A DNA stretch of 64,000 nt from Dehalococcoidia bacterium (GCA_965242485.1 CBDESM010000003.1:1357362-1421361); one strand, 5' to 3'; counted from the stretch's first letter, positions 46,359 through 54,843 are shown. Notes: a model not told the origin generated them from the letters alone. Translations and numbers: made by a program.

Positions 46359-47840
46359 ATGCCCCGCAATCTTGAAAATCGCACCATCTTCACTGGCGAC
46401 TGCCTCGACATCCTGCGCGGGGTCAACTCGGATTCGGTGGACCTGATCTACCTCGATCCGCCGTTCAACTCAGATCGGACCTACGGCAACGATTTCGATG
46501 ACCACTGGCAGCTCGACCGGTTGCCGGAGGCCGTGATGAAGCGGCTGCTGGAGACGATGGGGCGGGTGACGCAGGACAACGACGGGGCGGGCGCTGTGAT
46601 CAACGCCGCCGGCAAGGTGGCCGGCGAGTCGACTCAGGCGTACCTCACCTACATGTTCGAGCGCATCGCGGAGATGGCGCGGGTCTTGAAGCCGACGGGG
46701 AGCATCTACCTGCATTGCGACGACACGGAAGGCGCGTGGCTGAAGGCGGTGATGGATGCCGTGTTCGGGCGCAGCTGGTACCGCAACGAGATCGTCTGGC
46801 AGCGGACGAGTGCGCACAACGATGCCGGGGCATTCGGCCGCGTCGCCGATTACGTCCTGTTCTACAGCCGTTCGCCGATCAATGAAGCGGCCGTCGTCAC
46901 GCCGCTGAAGGATGAGCACGTGGCCGCGAAGTACCGGCATGACGATGGCGATGGGCGGGGCAGGTACCGCGCCGACGGCGACCTGACGGGGGCCGACCTC
47001 TCCGACGGCGAGAGCGGACGGCCGTGGGGCGGTTACGACCCGTCCGCGCGCGGGCGGCATTGGGCGGTGCCCAAGGCCCGCGGGCGCGGCGAGTATGCCG
47101 ACTGGATCGCGGAGAACATCATTCCGGGATATGAGAAGATCGAGGGCATCCACGCCCGTTTGAATGAGCTGGATGCGGCGGGTTTGATCTACAGGACGAG
47201 CAAGGGCACGCCCAACATCAAGCGCTATCTGAGCGCTTCAAAGGGGCAGGTGCCGACGGCGATCTGGACCGACATCCCGCCTGTGAACTCGCAGGCCGCA
47301 GAGAAGACCGGATATCGGACCCAGAAACCGCTCAAGCTGCTCGAACGAATCATCGCTGCCTCGTCAAACGAGGGCGACCTCGTGCTCGATCCGTTCTGCG
47401 GCTGCGCGACGGCGTGCGTCGCCGCCGAGCGCTTGGGCCGGGATTGGGTCGGCATCGACCAGAATGACGAAGCGCTCCAACAGGTCAAGATCCGGCTCGC
47501 CCAGCAGGAACCCGGAATCGCGCTCTGGGCGGAGAAGGTCGTGCACCGGACGCGCCCGCCCAAGCGGACGGATGAAGGCGACCTGACGCTTTCGGATCCG
47601 ATTCCGCTCTCGGTCAAGCGCGAGATGTACGAGGAGCAAAACGGACGCTGCAATGCGTGGACGATCGGCTGCGAAGAACGCCCTTCGATCTTCAACATTG
47701 AGGTGGATCACATCCGCCCCCGCAGCGCCGGCGGTGCGCACGAGCGGTCGAATCTCCAACTCCTCTGCGGCTGGTGCAACCGCTCCAAGCGTGACCGCAC
47801 GATGGATTACCTCGCACAGCGCATCGCCGAAAGAGGGTGA
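46359..47840 (+). CDS. DNA methyltransferase (PF01555 N4/N6, beta-class) fused to a C-terminal HNH endonuclease domain
   Basis: Start MPRNLENRTIF after GGAGGA. LIYLDPPFNSD (motif IV near the N-terminus). LVLDPFCGCATAC (motif I near the C-terminus, hence beta-class). C-terminal EVDHIRPRSAGGAHERSNLQLLCGWCNRSKRD is an HNH motif. Confidence 0.75.
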   Translation: MPRNLENRTIFTGDCLDILRGVNSDSVDLIYLDPPFNSDRTYGNDFDDHWQLDRLPEAVMKRLLETMGRVTQDNDGAGAVINAAGKVAGESTQAYLTYMFERIAEMARVLKPTGSIYLHCDDTEGAWLKAVMDAVFGRSWYRNEIVWQRTSAHNDAGAFGRVADYVLFYSRSPINEAAVVTPLKDEHVAAKYRHDDGDGRGRYRADGDLTGADLSDGESGRPWGGYDPSARGRHWAVPKARGRGEYADWIAENIIPGYEKIEGIHARLNELDAAGLIYRTSKGTPNIKRYLSASKGQVPTAIWTDIPPVNSQAAEKTGYRTQKPLKLLERIIAASSNEGDLVLDPFCGCATACVAAERLGRDWVGIDQNDEALQQVKIRLAQQEPGIALWAEKVVHRTRPPKRTDEGDLTLSDPIPLSVKREMYEEQNGRCNAWTIGCEERPSIFNIEVDHIRPRSAGGAHERSNLQLLCGWCNRSKRDRTMDYLAQRIAERG

Positions 47841-48128
47841 ATGATGGATTGGCAAGTGGTGCTCAGCACATTCGTCGGAGCGTTGACAGGATCACTGCCA
47901 GTGATTCTCTTGACTTGGTGGCTCACGATGTCAGCACGCAAGTCGGCTGCGAGATCGCAGCGGCGCATTGAAGGATCACTGAAAGGAATTAACGATGCTC
48001 TTCAAGAAATGGCATACTGGGGCGGCTTTGATGCAGAACGCCAAATTGAAGCAGACATGGAAGCAGCGCGTGCGAAGACTCGGGCGCATGAAGAAGGAGA
48101 GGATCCTGAGAATCGGGGAGACGCCTGA
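47841..48128 (+). CDS. Small hypothetical membrane protein (low-GC)
   Basis: 95 aa. TM segment VVLSTFVGALTGSLPVILLTWWLTM. Starts 1 nt after the MTase stop. About 50% GC. Confidence 0.35.
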   Translation: MMDWQVVLSTFVGALTGSLPVILLTWWLTMSARKSAARSQRRIEGSLKGINDALQEMAYWGGFDAERQIEADMEAARAKTRAHEEGEDPENRGDA

Positions 48129-48132
48129 TGAG

Positions 48133-48615
48133 ATGGTCGTCGTCTCTGATCGGCTGCATGATTTAGATTGGATCCCAGTCACGGCGACTAAATTTCCAAT
48201 CCGTTGGTGGATCGGAGCGGATGGCTCGCGGCGAATCGAGCCAGTGAAGGACGCCACACCTAGGAGTCTTCAATTAGCATTCGAGATCAATACGACCACT
48301 GAAATTCGCTTGCTTTGGCTCTCAGCTGGACGCTTCTTACATTTCGAACGCGCATACCACCAAAGTGATGGCCAGTGCGTGATCGAAAGAGGCTCCGGGA
48401 AGATCATATTCTATAACAGATACGCTATTGCGCGCGAAGAGGTGTTCAGTCGTGTACGCCTGATAATCGAATATCTGCCGAAAGAAGACTCATGGTCGGA
48501 AATTGCTTATGCTGAATTCTTGGAGCTTGATACATCCTCTCTTCGCGATGGCTGGAAACGCTGGTTCACAGAATGGATTCGCTTTGCCCGAGTCAGCATC
48601 TTCGGAGATCGGTAG
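48133..48615 (+). CDS. Hypothetical protein (low-GC)
   Basis: Start MVVVSDRL chosen 12 nt after GGGGAG and 5 nt after the previous stop. The longer 47995 start would overlap the small gene by 134 nt. W/Y/F/K/I-rich, genuine-looking composition. Confidence 0.35.
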   Translation: MVVVSDRLHDLDWIPVTATKFPIRWWIGADGSRRIEPVKDATPRSLQLAFEINTTTEIRLLWLSAGRFLHFERAYHQSDGQCVIERGSGKIIFYNRYAIAREEVFSRVRLIIEYLPKEDSWSEIAYAEFLELDTSSLRDGWKRWFTEWIRFARVSIFGDR

Positions 48616-48745
48616 GCTGCGCGGGCTGATCGTCGTTGCGAGGGGTTTGGGGAGATGCGCGAGATCAGCGGGGGCGGGGTGATTGCTGGCGGAGCGGCTT
48701 GCGGGGAGCCTTGTTGGGGGCGGGGCTTGCCGCTCCGCTTGTCGG

Positions 48746-49471
48746 CTATGTTGCGTCTGCGTCGGTCGCGTCTGCGTCGGTCGCGTCTGCATCGGTTGCG
48801 TCTGCATCGGTTGCGTCGGTCGTGCTTTCGGCGATTTCGGCGATTTGGCGGGAGCCGTCGCGCCGGCATTGCCAGCGACCGTCGTCGGTTCGCTGGACGT
48901 GGGGGCCGGACTCGAAGCGGTTGCCAACGTGCCGGTATTCGATGTTGAACCTCTGGTGGTAGCCGGGAATGTCCAGGCCGCCGACGAGAATTGTCAGGAT
49001 CACTGCAGGCCTGCCCGGCCTGCCTTCAATGGCCGGCCTGCCTGGGATACCCGGCCTGCCTGGGATACCCGGCATGGTCTCAACTATGTCAGTGTAGGGA
49101 TCGTCCGGCACCGGCGGCACCGGCGGCACCGGCGGCACCGGCGGCACCTCTGGCTGCGCCTCTATCGCCGGCTGCGCCGGTATGACCACCCTGGTGGTCC
49201 GCGTCTGCCAGCCCAAGCCGGTCTCGCAGGCAAGGTCGGCCAGCGCTTGGGCGACCCGGCCCCGCTCGGCCGGGGTGCTGCCGTGGACGGGCCAAGAGCT
49301 GTCTTCCGGCGTCACGTCGCTGTTGCATACGAAGATGCCGCCTTCGGAGACGCAGTGATCGTCGGCGGAGGCGGAGCCGCCCCAGAGTGCGCTGATTCCG
49401 GCGACCGCGGCCAGCGCGACGACGGCGGCGGCGAGCGGCATGGCTGCCTGCTTCATGGCGGTGAGGATCAT
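48746..49471 (-). CDS. Putative secreted low-complexity repeat protein ((PPV)4, collagen-like GIPGRP repeats, (DAT)n tail)
   Basis: Signal peptide MILTAMKQAAMPLAAAVVALAAVAGISALWGGSASA. The repeats are encoded by the DNA tandem repeats listed below. The upstream part of the listed ORF is the C-terminus of the IS remnant. Confidence 0.4.
   Translation of the reverse strand: MILTAMKQAAMPLAAAVVALAAVAGISALWGGSASADDHCVSEGGIFVCNSDVTPEDSSWPVHGSTPAERGRVAQALADLACETGLGWQTRTTRVVIPAQPAIEAQPEVPPVPPVPPVPPVPDDPYTDIVETMPGIPGRPGIPGRPAIEGRPGRPAVILTILVGGLDIPGYHQRFNIEYRHVGNRFESGPHVQRTDDGRWQCRRDGSRQIAEIAESTTDATDADATDADATDADATDADAT
48756..49150. repeat. Cluster of short tandem DNA repeats (15-mer gtctgcgtcggtcgc x~5; 21-mer ggcctgcctgggatacccggc x~2.5; 9-mer ggcaccggc x~5)
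   Basis: Directly visible in the sequence. In-frame with the minus-strand ORF, so copy-number change would alter protein length without a frameshift. Confidence 0.7.
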
Positions 49472-49479
49472 GTTGCTCT

Positions 49480-50480
49480 CCAACCTGAAGGTCAGCGCCT
49501 TCGACGCTCGGTCGGCCTCGTCAGCGCAGGGGCGACCAGCTCCCCGCGGACGCGCCTCGGGCGCGTTTCGGCTGCGCCCAGAATAGGCGATCCGCGACTG
49601 TGGGGCGCGGGACGGGCCGGAGGGGGCGGGCGGGGCGCTGGGCGAGGGCGGAAGTGGCGTACCGGCGGAAGATCGCAGAGGTGGAGAATCTGGATGCGAA
49701 GCAGGAGGAGATCGAGGTGGAACCGCGGCAGTTGGGAGCCCGCACCCGGCTGCACAGATCGTCCCGATCAGCCGTTCGGCCTTGCCGTTGGTGCGCGGGG
49801 TGCAGGACCGTGTGCGCAAGTGGCGCAGGTCCCAGCGCCCGGCACTCTTCGTGCCAGCGGTCGTTGAGGCAGGCGGGCCCGTTGTCGGTCATCACCTGCT
49901 CAACCGCGAGGCCGCGTTTGGCGCATCAGCGGACGGCGCGGCGCAGAAAGGCGACTGTGTGCTCGGCCCGCTTCGAGGGCGGCGCTTCGGCGCAGGCCAG
50001 CGCGAGCGATCGTCCACGGCGATGTGCGGGTATGCCAGCCGGTACCGGGGCAGAGCGTGCGCGGGTCGGCCAGGATCACCTTGTCGGGCTGGTAGAAGCG
50101 GTCCAGATTCTTGATGTCGACGTGCAGCAGCTCGCCTCACCCGCTCGCGTTCGTAGCGCAGCACCAGCGGCTTCGAAGCCAGTATCTGGCACGAGATGCC
50201 GAACCGCCGCCGCCCCTGCCGACGGTCGAGGCAGGTGCCGCCCAGCTCCACCAGCGGTGCACGGTCAAGCGGCCCGCTTCCTGCCCGCGGGCTGTCTCCG
50301 CGATGCTCGTCCTGCCTCGGCTAGGCGCACCGCGCGCAGCCTCGTCTCGATCGAATGGCGCATCTGCAGCCCCGCTCCGCCGCCACCAGCCAGCGGGACC
50401 CCTTGGGGGGGCATCTCGTTCAACACCAGTCTCGTAGGCGGTCCCCACCCAATCAGCTGTCCCGAACCTCTGTGGTTTTG
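49480..50480 (-). mobile_element. Degraded IS481-family transposase (pseudogene, at least 3 frameshifts and internal deletions)
   Basis: Minus-strand fragments in different frames: HTH-like MRHSIETRLRAVRLAEAG; LTVHRWW; GELLHVDIKNLDRF (catalytic DDE region); HIAVDDRSRW; MTDNGPAC...; PRTNGKAERLIGTI (C-terminal motif). No intact ORF. Confidence 0.65.
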
Positions 50481-50509
50481 AGGGCAGCACATCCCAGGCA
50501 GCGCTGACC

Positions 50510-51295
50510 TTACGACAACCGCGCTGCTAGCTTGCCGCGTTCCGACCACTTCGCCGGTTCGGCCACTTCCCTGATGAGGTTGTAATCGACATGCGTCCAG
50601 TAGGGCAGAGCGTCGTTGAAGAGAGCGATGCGGGGCAGATTGCTCACTCCATTGGATGAATGGGCGATGTCGCCGAACGCCGCGTATGCGGCATTGATGG
50701 CAGCGTCCGCTGACGGTTGATCGCGGCCGTTCACCCACTGGACCAACGCGGTGCGCTCTCCGACCACGTGAAAGTCAATAGTCCAGCGTCGTCCCGATCG
50801 GCCTTCGGCCTGGACTCCGGGGTTGAACGGGACCTGCAGCTCGGTGAGCCAGCTGCCCACCCGATCTTGACTGTCCAGCCGTGAATCTTCCTTCTTCATC
50901 CGGGGAGCACCTGTGAACCACAGGTCAGCGAGGCGGAGCGCAGTCTGCGCGACCGAGTAGACCGCAAAGGGCAATTCGCCAAGTGTCTGGCAGTCACGAC
51001 GCAGCCGGCCGCGGGAGATCGCGACTCCGCTGGTTCGCTGAATGTGGTCCAACAACTCGCTCTGTTTCTTCGTGAGCGCGTCAATGCCTCGCCGAGTCCA
51101 GAGCCAGCCCAAGGCTTCGCCGAAATCGGTGACCGCGTGCGCGTCGCCGTCACTGACGACATACACGTCAATCATCGTCCTGTCCGGATACAGGAGAGGC
51201 GTCGTGACGCGCACGGCTGAGTTGGGGAGTTCTTCGCAGCTGAAATGGCCATGAGCCTTTCCCGCGAGCGCACGGGAGATTTGCGTGGTGTTCAT
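50510..51295 (-). CDS. Uncharacterised ~260-aa protein, family 'A' copy 1 (array member)
   Basis: Paralogue of 51843..52637 and 52653..53444. Shared N-terminal motif TPLLYPD..IDV.V....G...V.DFG.A..WL and central L.FT.GV...GRSG..WT.DF. ATGA overlap with the upstream family-B gene. Confidence 0.55.
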   Translation of the reverse strand: MNTTQISRALAGKAHGHFSCEELPNSAVRVTTPLLYPDRTMIDVYVVSDGDAHAVTDFGEALGWLWTRRGIDALTKKQSELLDHIQRTSGVAISRGRLRRDCQTLGELPFAVYSVAQTALRLADLWFTGAPRMKKEDSRLDSQDRVGSWLTELQVPFNPGVQAEGRSGRRWTIDFHVVGERTALVQWVNGRDQPSADAAINAAYAAFGDIAHSSNGVSNLPRIALFNDALPYWTHVDYNLIREVAEPAKWSERGKLAARLS

Positions 51296-51768
51296 AGCAG
51301 CACCTCTCCCTGTACTTCGGGCATCATAAACGACCCGGTGTGGTGGATGCGGGCTTCAGCGCAGAACTGGAGCCATGCGAAGTCTGGCTCATTCCACGTC
51401 GCTGTGATGTCTTTCGGCTCAAATGCATACACTTCTTCACTTTTATCAGTCCAGATCTGCTTATGCGTTCCCGGATGTCTGCTGCCGTCCAAATTTCGGT
51501 GGTTTACCGCACCCATGTCCAAGCCATAGATGCGCCAGCGCCGCGCATAGATGAGATTGAAGGAGAGTTTGCTTGCGCTCGGGTTGTACCAGCCGTGCAT
51601 CTGCAGTTGCTCTGGGACATCTGCCAGAATCGGTGCCGTGAACATCGCCGCCCCAGCATGGCCAGGGTCTTGGCTCCACTCAATGTCGTCATTGATCTGT
51701 TTCTCGCTTTCGTAGATGAGTCTCCGGACCTCATCCCCTGATAGCTGTTTTGCCACTGCAAGCACCAA
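51292..51768 (-). CDS. Uncharacterised ~150-aa protein, family 'B' copy 2 (array member)
   Basis: Paralogue of 53441..53890. Shared GWYNP...KL.F.......IYGL.MG..H..LD......H...WT......Y.P.DI.A.W..P. Lower GC (~50%). Confidence 0.5.
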   Translation of the reverse strand: MVLAVAKQLSGDEVRRLIYESEKQINDDIEWSQDPGHAGAAMFTAPILADVPEQLQMHGWYNPSASKLSFNLIYARRWRIYGLDMGAVNHRNLDGSRHPGTHKQIWTDKSEEVYAFEPKDITATWNEPDFAWLQFCAEARIHHTGSFMMPEVQGEVLL

Positions 51769-51842
51769 TCTTTCGCACGCGCCGTCTGCATGCTAGCGCT
51801 GCTCAAGATGGCGTGTCAGGCGCCGGCGGCGCGGAAGCCGTG

Positions 51843-52637
51843 TTATGGGGAGCTGCTTCGGGGCGCGCGGAGGATGCGCTCGAACTCGTCCCGGTCGGTC
51901 CAGCGGGCGACGCGGGAGACGGTCGCCAAACGGTTGAAATCCTCGTCGGTCCATGGCGCGGAGTCGCAGTGGAACAGGGATACGAGCTGGCAGCGGGCCG
52001 GTTCTGGAAGCGCATCGCGGATGTCGCGGCAGCCGATGTAGGCGTGTTCGGCAATGCGGGGGGCGGAGTCGGGGTCCGAGGTTCGGAGATGGAAGACCAA
52101 GGAGTGCAACGGCGGCACGGCGACGTCGAAGTCGACCGTGTACTCGTGGCCTGATCGGCCCGCGACTCGGACGCCGGAGGTGAAGGCGATCTCGCGGTGG
52201 CGGAACCAGCGTTGGACATCGGATGAGGCCGTGCCGTCGGCTGGATGGCCGTCGATCCAGCGGAGGTCGGCGACGCGCGCTGCCGCTTGGGCGACGAACA
52301 TGATCGCGGAGCCGATTTCGCCGAGGCTGGCGCAGCGGTAGGAGATCGGGCCGCCATCGAATTCGAGCCGGTCGACCGGTGCGATGCCGGCGAGGTGCTG
52401 CTCCTGGTTCGGCGAGGGCCGGTCGTCCCAGAAGTGCATTTGGAGCCGCGCCATCGCTTCGCCGTAGTCGGTCGCGATGAACTCGCCGTCTTCGATGCAG
52501 ACGAACACGTCGATCACGTCGTTGTCGGGGTACAGCAGCGGCGTCGCGATGCGGACCGCTCCGTTTTCGGTGAGGGAGCACGGGTACTGCGGACCGAGCT
52601 GCCGCGCCGCCTCGTCGCGAAGCTCCGACGGGGTCAC
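51843..52637 (-). CDS. Uncharacterised ~260-aa protein, family 'A' copy 2
   Basis: 264 aa, MTPSELRDEAARQLGPQYPCSLTENGAVRIATPLLYPDNDVIDVFV...; lies 15 nt downstream of copy 3. Confidence 0.55.
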   Translation of the reverse strand: MTPSELRDEAARQLGPQYPCSLTENGAVRIATPLLYPDNDVIDVFVCIEDGEFIATDYGEAMARLQMHFWDDRPSPNQEQHLAGIAPVDRLEFDGGPISYRCASLGEIGSAIMFVAQAAARVADLRWIDGHPADGTASSDVQRWFRHREIAFTSGVRVAGRSGHEYTVDFDVAVPPLHSLVFHLRTSDPDSAPRIAEHAYIGCRDIRDALPEPARCQLVSLFHCDSAPWTDEDFNRLATVSRVARWTDRDEFERILRAPRSSSP

Positions 52638-52652
52638 GTCAGCGCTCCGAAT

Positions 52653-53444
52653 TCATGCGGCGGCTATGGGGCTGCGGAGCACCTCTTCGAGGTCCGAGCG
52701 GTCCGACCATCTCGCGATTCGGGAGACGTGTTCGACCAAGCCGTAGTGCTGGTCGCTCCAAATGTCGGCTTGATCGTCGAAGAGCGAAACGAGTTGCGGA
52801 ATAGGACCGCTCGCCCCGATTTGGCTGAGGTCGACGCAGGCCGCCAGCACATGCTCCGAGAGCCGGCGCGCGGCAGCCCGATCGCCGGTGCTGAGGAGGA
52901 ACACGTATGAAGGCGGAAGCGGCGGGGTCATGATGAAGTCGACCGTCCAAGTGGCGGATGATCGTCCACGGACCCGCTCTCTCTGGCGAAATGGAATCTC
53001 CCGGCTGCGAAGCCACTCGTCGACTTCTTCAGCTGTGGTGCGGAACGTCTGGCTACGGAACGTGAACCAGATGTCGGCCACGCGGAGGGCCGCCTGCCCG
53101 ACCTTGGCGACGGAATCGGCGAGGCTGCCCGGATCGTCGCATTGGAGGCTCAGATCGCCTTGATCCAGATCTACGCCGACCGTGTTCACGACATCGCGCA
53201 GCATCCGTTCTTGGCCGTCCGTGAGACGCCCGGTGCGCGACCTCGTTTCGAGCCAGCCGAGGGCGTCCCCGAAGTCCGAAACGACGATGCGGCCGTCCTG
53301 CTCGGTGACGAAGACGTCGATGCCGTCACCGTCGGGCAGCAGCAGCGGAGTTTGCACCCGGAGCGCGCCCCTCTCGGTCACGGTGCAGGCGTATTGCGCG
53401 GGCAGGCTGTCTCGGAGCCGCGCGCAGAGCTCGTTGGGAGTCAT
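52653..53444 (-). CDS. Uncharacterised ~260-aa protein, family 'A' copy 3
   Basis: 263 aa, MTPNELCARLRDSLPAQYACTVTERGALRVQTPLLLPDGDGIDVFV...; ATGA overlap with the upstream family-B gene. Confidence 0.55.
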   Translation of the reverse strand: MTPNELCARLRDSLPAQYACTVTERGALRVQTPLLLPDGDGIDVFVTEQDGRIVVSDFGDALGWLETRSRTGRLTDGQERMLRDVVNTVGVDLDQGDLSLQCDDPGSLADSVAKVGQAALRVADIWFTFRSQTFRTTAEEVDEWLRSREIPFRQRERVRGRSSATWTVDFIMTPPLPPSYVFLLSTGDRAAARRLSEHVLAACVDLSQIGASGPIPQLVSLFDDQADIWSDQHYGLVEHVSRIARWSDRSDLEEVLRSPIAAA

Positions 53445-53890
53445 GAGAATCCCTCCAACCGGATGGGCGGCGGGTAGAGCTGCCCGTCATGCAGCAAGTG
53501 CGATTCCCGTCGGAACTCCGACCAGACCTGCACGGGGTTCGACCAATCGGCCGAGATGTCGTCGGGCAGATAGCGATTCTGGTCGCGACGCTCTTCGGTC
53601 CAGTAGTGCTTGTGCGGACGGCGCGGATTCGCGATGTCCAGTTCGGGGTGGGTGATTCCCATGCACAGCCCGTAGATTCGCCCGCGGTCCGGTCGAAACA
53701 CGGTGAAGGTGAGTTTTTCCGTGCGCGGGTTGTACCAGCCCTCGAGGCAATGATCATTCGGGTCGGAGGTCTCGACATCGACGCGGAAGCGGAAGGTACG
53801 GGCGTTCCGACGATCGGGCGGCCAATGAATGTCGCCCTCGATGCGCATGGCGAGGTCGCGGAGGAACGCATCTACGTCGTCCTTGTTCAT
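53441..53890 (-). CDS. Uncharacterised ~150-aa protein, family 'B' copy 1
   Basis: Start MNKDDVDAFLRDLAMRIEGDIHW. The upstream part of the listed 275-aa ORF overlaps uppP in another frame and is discarded. Confidence 0.5.
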   Translation of the reverse strand: MNKDDVDAFLRDLAMRIEGDIHWPPDRRNARTFRFRVDVETSDPNDHCLEGWYNPRTEKLTFTVFRPDRGRIYGLCMGITHPELDIANPRRPHKHYWTEERRDQNRYLPDDISADWSNPVQVWSEFRRESHLLHDGQLYPPPIRLEGFS

Positions 53891-53967
53891 TGAGATCGCT
53901 GTCTGCTTTCCGCCTGCGGGGGCGTTTCGCTTGATGCGCCCCGGTCCCTGATCAGAATAACCGTCGG

Positions 53968-54843
53968 TCAGGCGCCGGCGGCGCGGGCGAGGAGGATGGC
54001 GGAGGCGGCTGCGAGGCAGTAGAGGGCGAAGGGGGCGAGGGTGGCGGCTTTGGCGATGTGGAGGAGGGCGCGGATGCCGAGGAGGGCGCTGAGGAAGGCG
54101 GCGGTTGCGCCGATGGCGAGGGCGGCGGGGTCGGCTGAGGCGCCGTCTCGGACGACGTCGTAGAGGGCGAGGAGGCCTGCGCCGGCGAGGGCGGGGATGG
54201 CGAGCCAGAAGGCGAATCTGGTGGCGGCTTCGCGGTTCGCGCCGAGGGAGATGGCGGCGGAGATGCACATGCCGGAGCGGGAGACGCCGGGGAGGACGGC
54301 GATGGCTTGGGCGACGCCGATGGCGGCTGCCTTGGCGAGCGAGAGGCCGGCGAGGCCGCCGGGGGAGGGCTCTGCGCCGGCGGCTCCATGGGCATCAGCA
54401 TCGGCAGGGGCGCCGGCGCCCGATCGCGTCGGAGCGAGGCGGCGTTCGGCGGCGATGAGGATGAGGCCGGTGGCGAGGAGGAAGGCGGCGGCGGGGGTCG
54501 GGCCGCGGAGCTGGTCTTCGAGCAGTTGCCAGGCGATTGCGCCGGCGGCGGCGATGGGGAGCGTGGCGGCGATGCCGAGGGCGAGCAGGCGTCGGGGCTG
54601 GACGCCGTCGACGGGGCGCGCGCGGGCGGAGCGGAGACCAGAGAGGAGGGCGATGATCTCGCGGCGGTAGGCGACGAGGATGGCGGCGAGAGCGCCGGCG
54701 TGGACGGCGGCGTCGAAGGCGAGGCCGGGGTCGTCCCAGCCGAAGAGCCAGCGGGCGATGGAGAGGTGTCCGCTGCTGGAGACGGGGAGGAATTCGGTCG
54801 CGCCTTGGATGATGCCGAGCAGGGCGGCTTGGAACAGGGGCAC
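53968..54843 (-). CDS. uppP: Undecaprenyl-diphosphate phosphatase
   Basis: ALLGIIQGATEFLPVSSSGHL and later GVSRSG motifs; about 8 TM helices. Start assumed at GTG (VPLFQAALLG); the exact start is uncertain. Confidence 0.7.
   Translation of the reverse strand: MPLFQAALLGIIQGATEFLPVSSSGHLSIARWLFGWDDPGLAFDAAVHAGALAAILVAYRREIIALLSGLRSARARPVDGVQPRRLLALGIAATLPIAAAGAIAWQLLEDQLRGPTPAAAFLLATGLILIAAERRLAPTRSGAGAPADADAHGAAGAEPSPGGLAGLSLAKAAAIGVAQAIAVLPGVSRSGMCISAAISLGANREAATRFAFWLAIPALAGAGLLALYDVVRDGASADPAALAIGATAAFLSALLGIRALLHIAKAATLAPFALYCLAAASAILLARAAGA

Noticed and set aside
47995-48132. Longer start (MLFKKWHTG...) for the second low-GC gene after the MTase–HNH
   Set aside because: It would overlap the preceding 95-aa ORF by 134 nt in a different frame. 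The ATG at 48133 has a GGGGAG RBS and abuts the upstream stop. Kept as an alternative only.
53441-54268. 275-aa form of family-B gene overlapping uppP
   Set aside because: The upstream 126 codons are Arg/Pro-rich and lie in another frame of the uppP coding region. The paralogue (51292..51768) supports the 149-aa form starting MNKDD.
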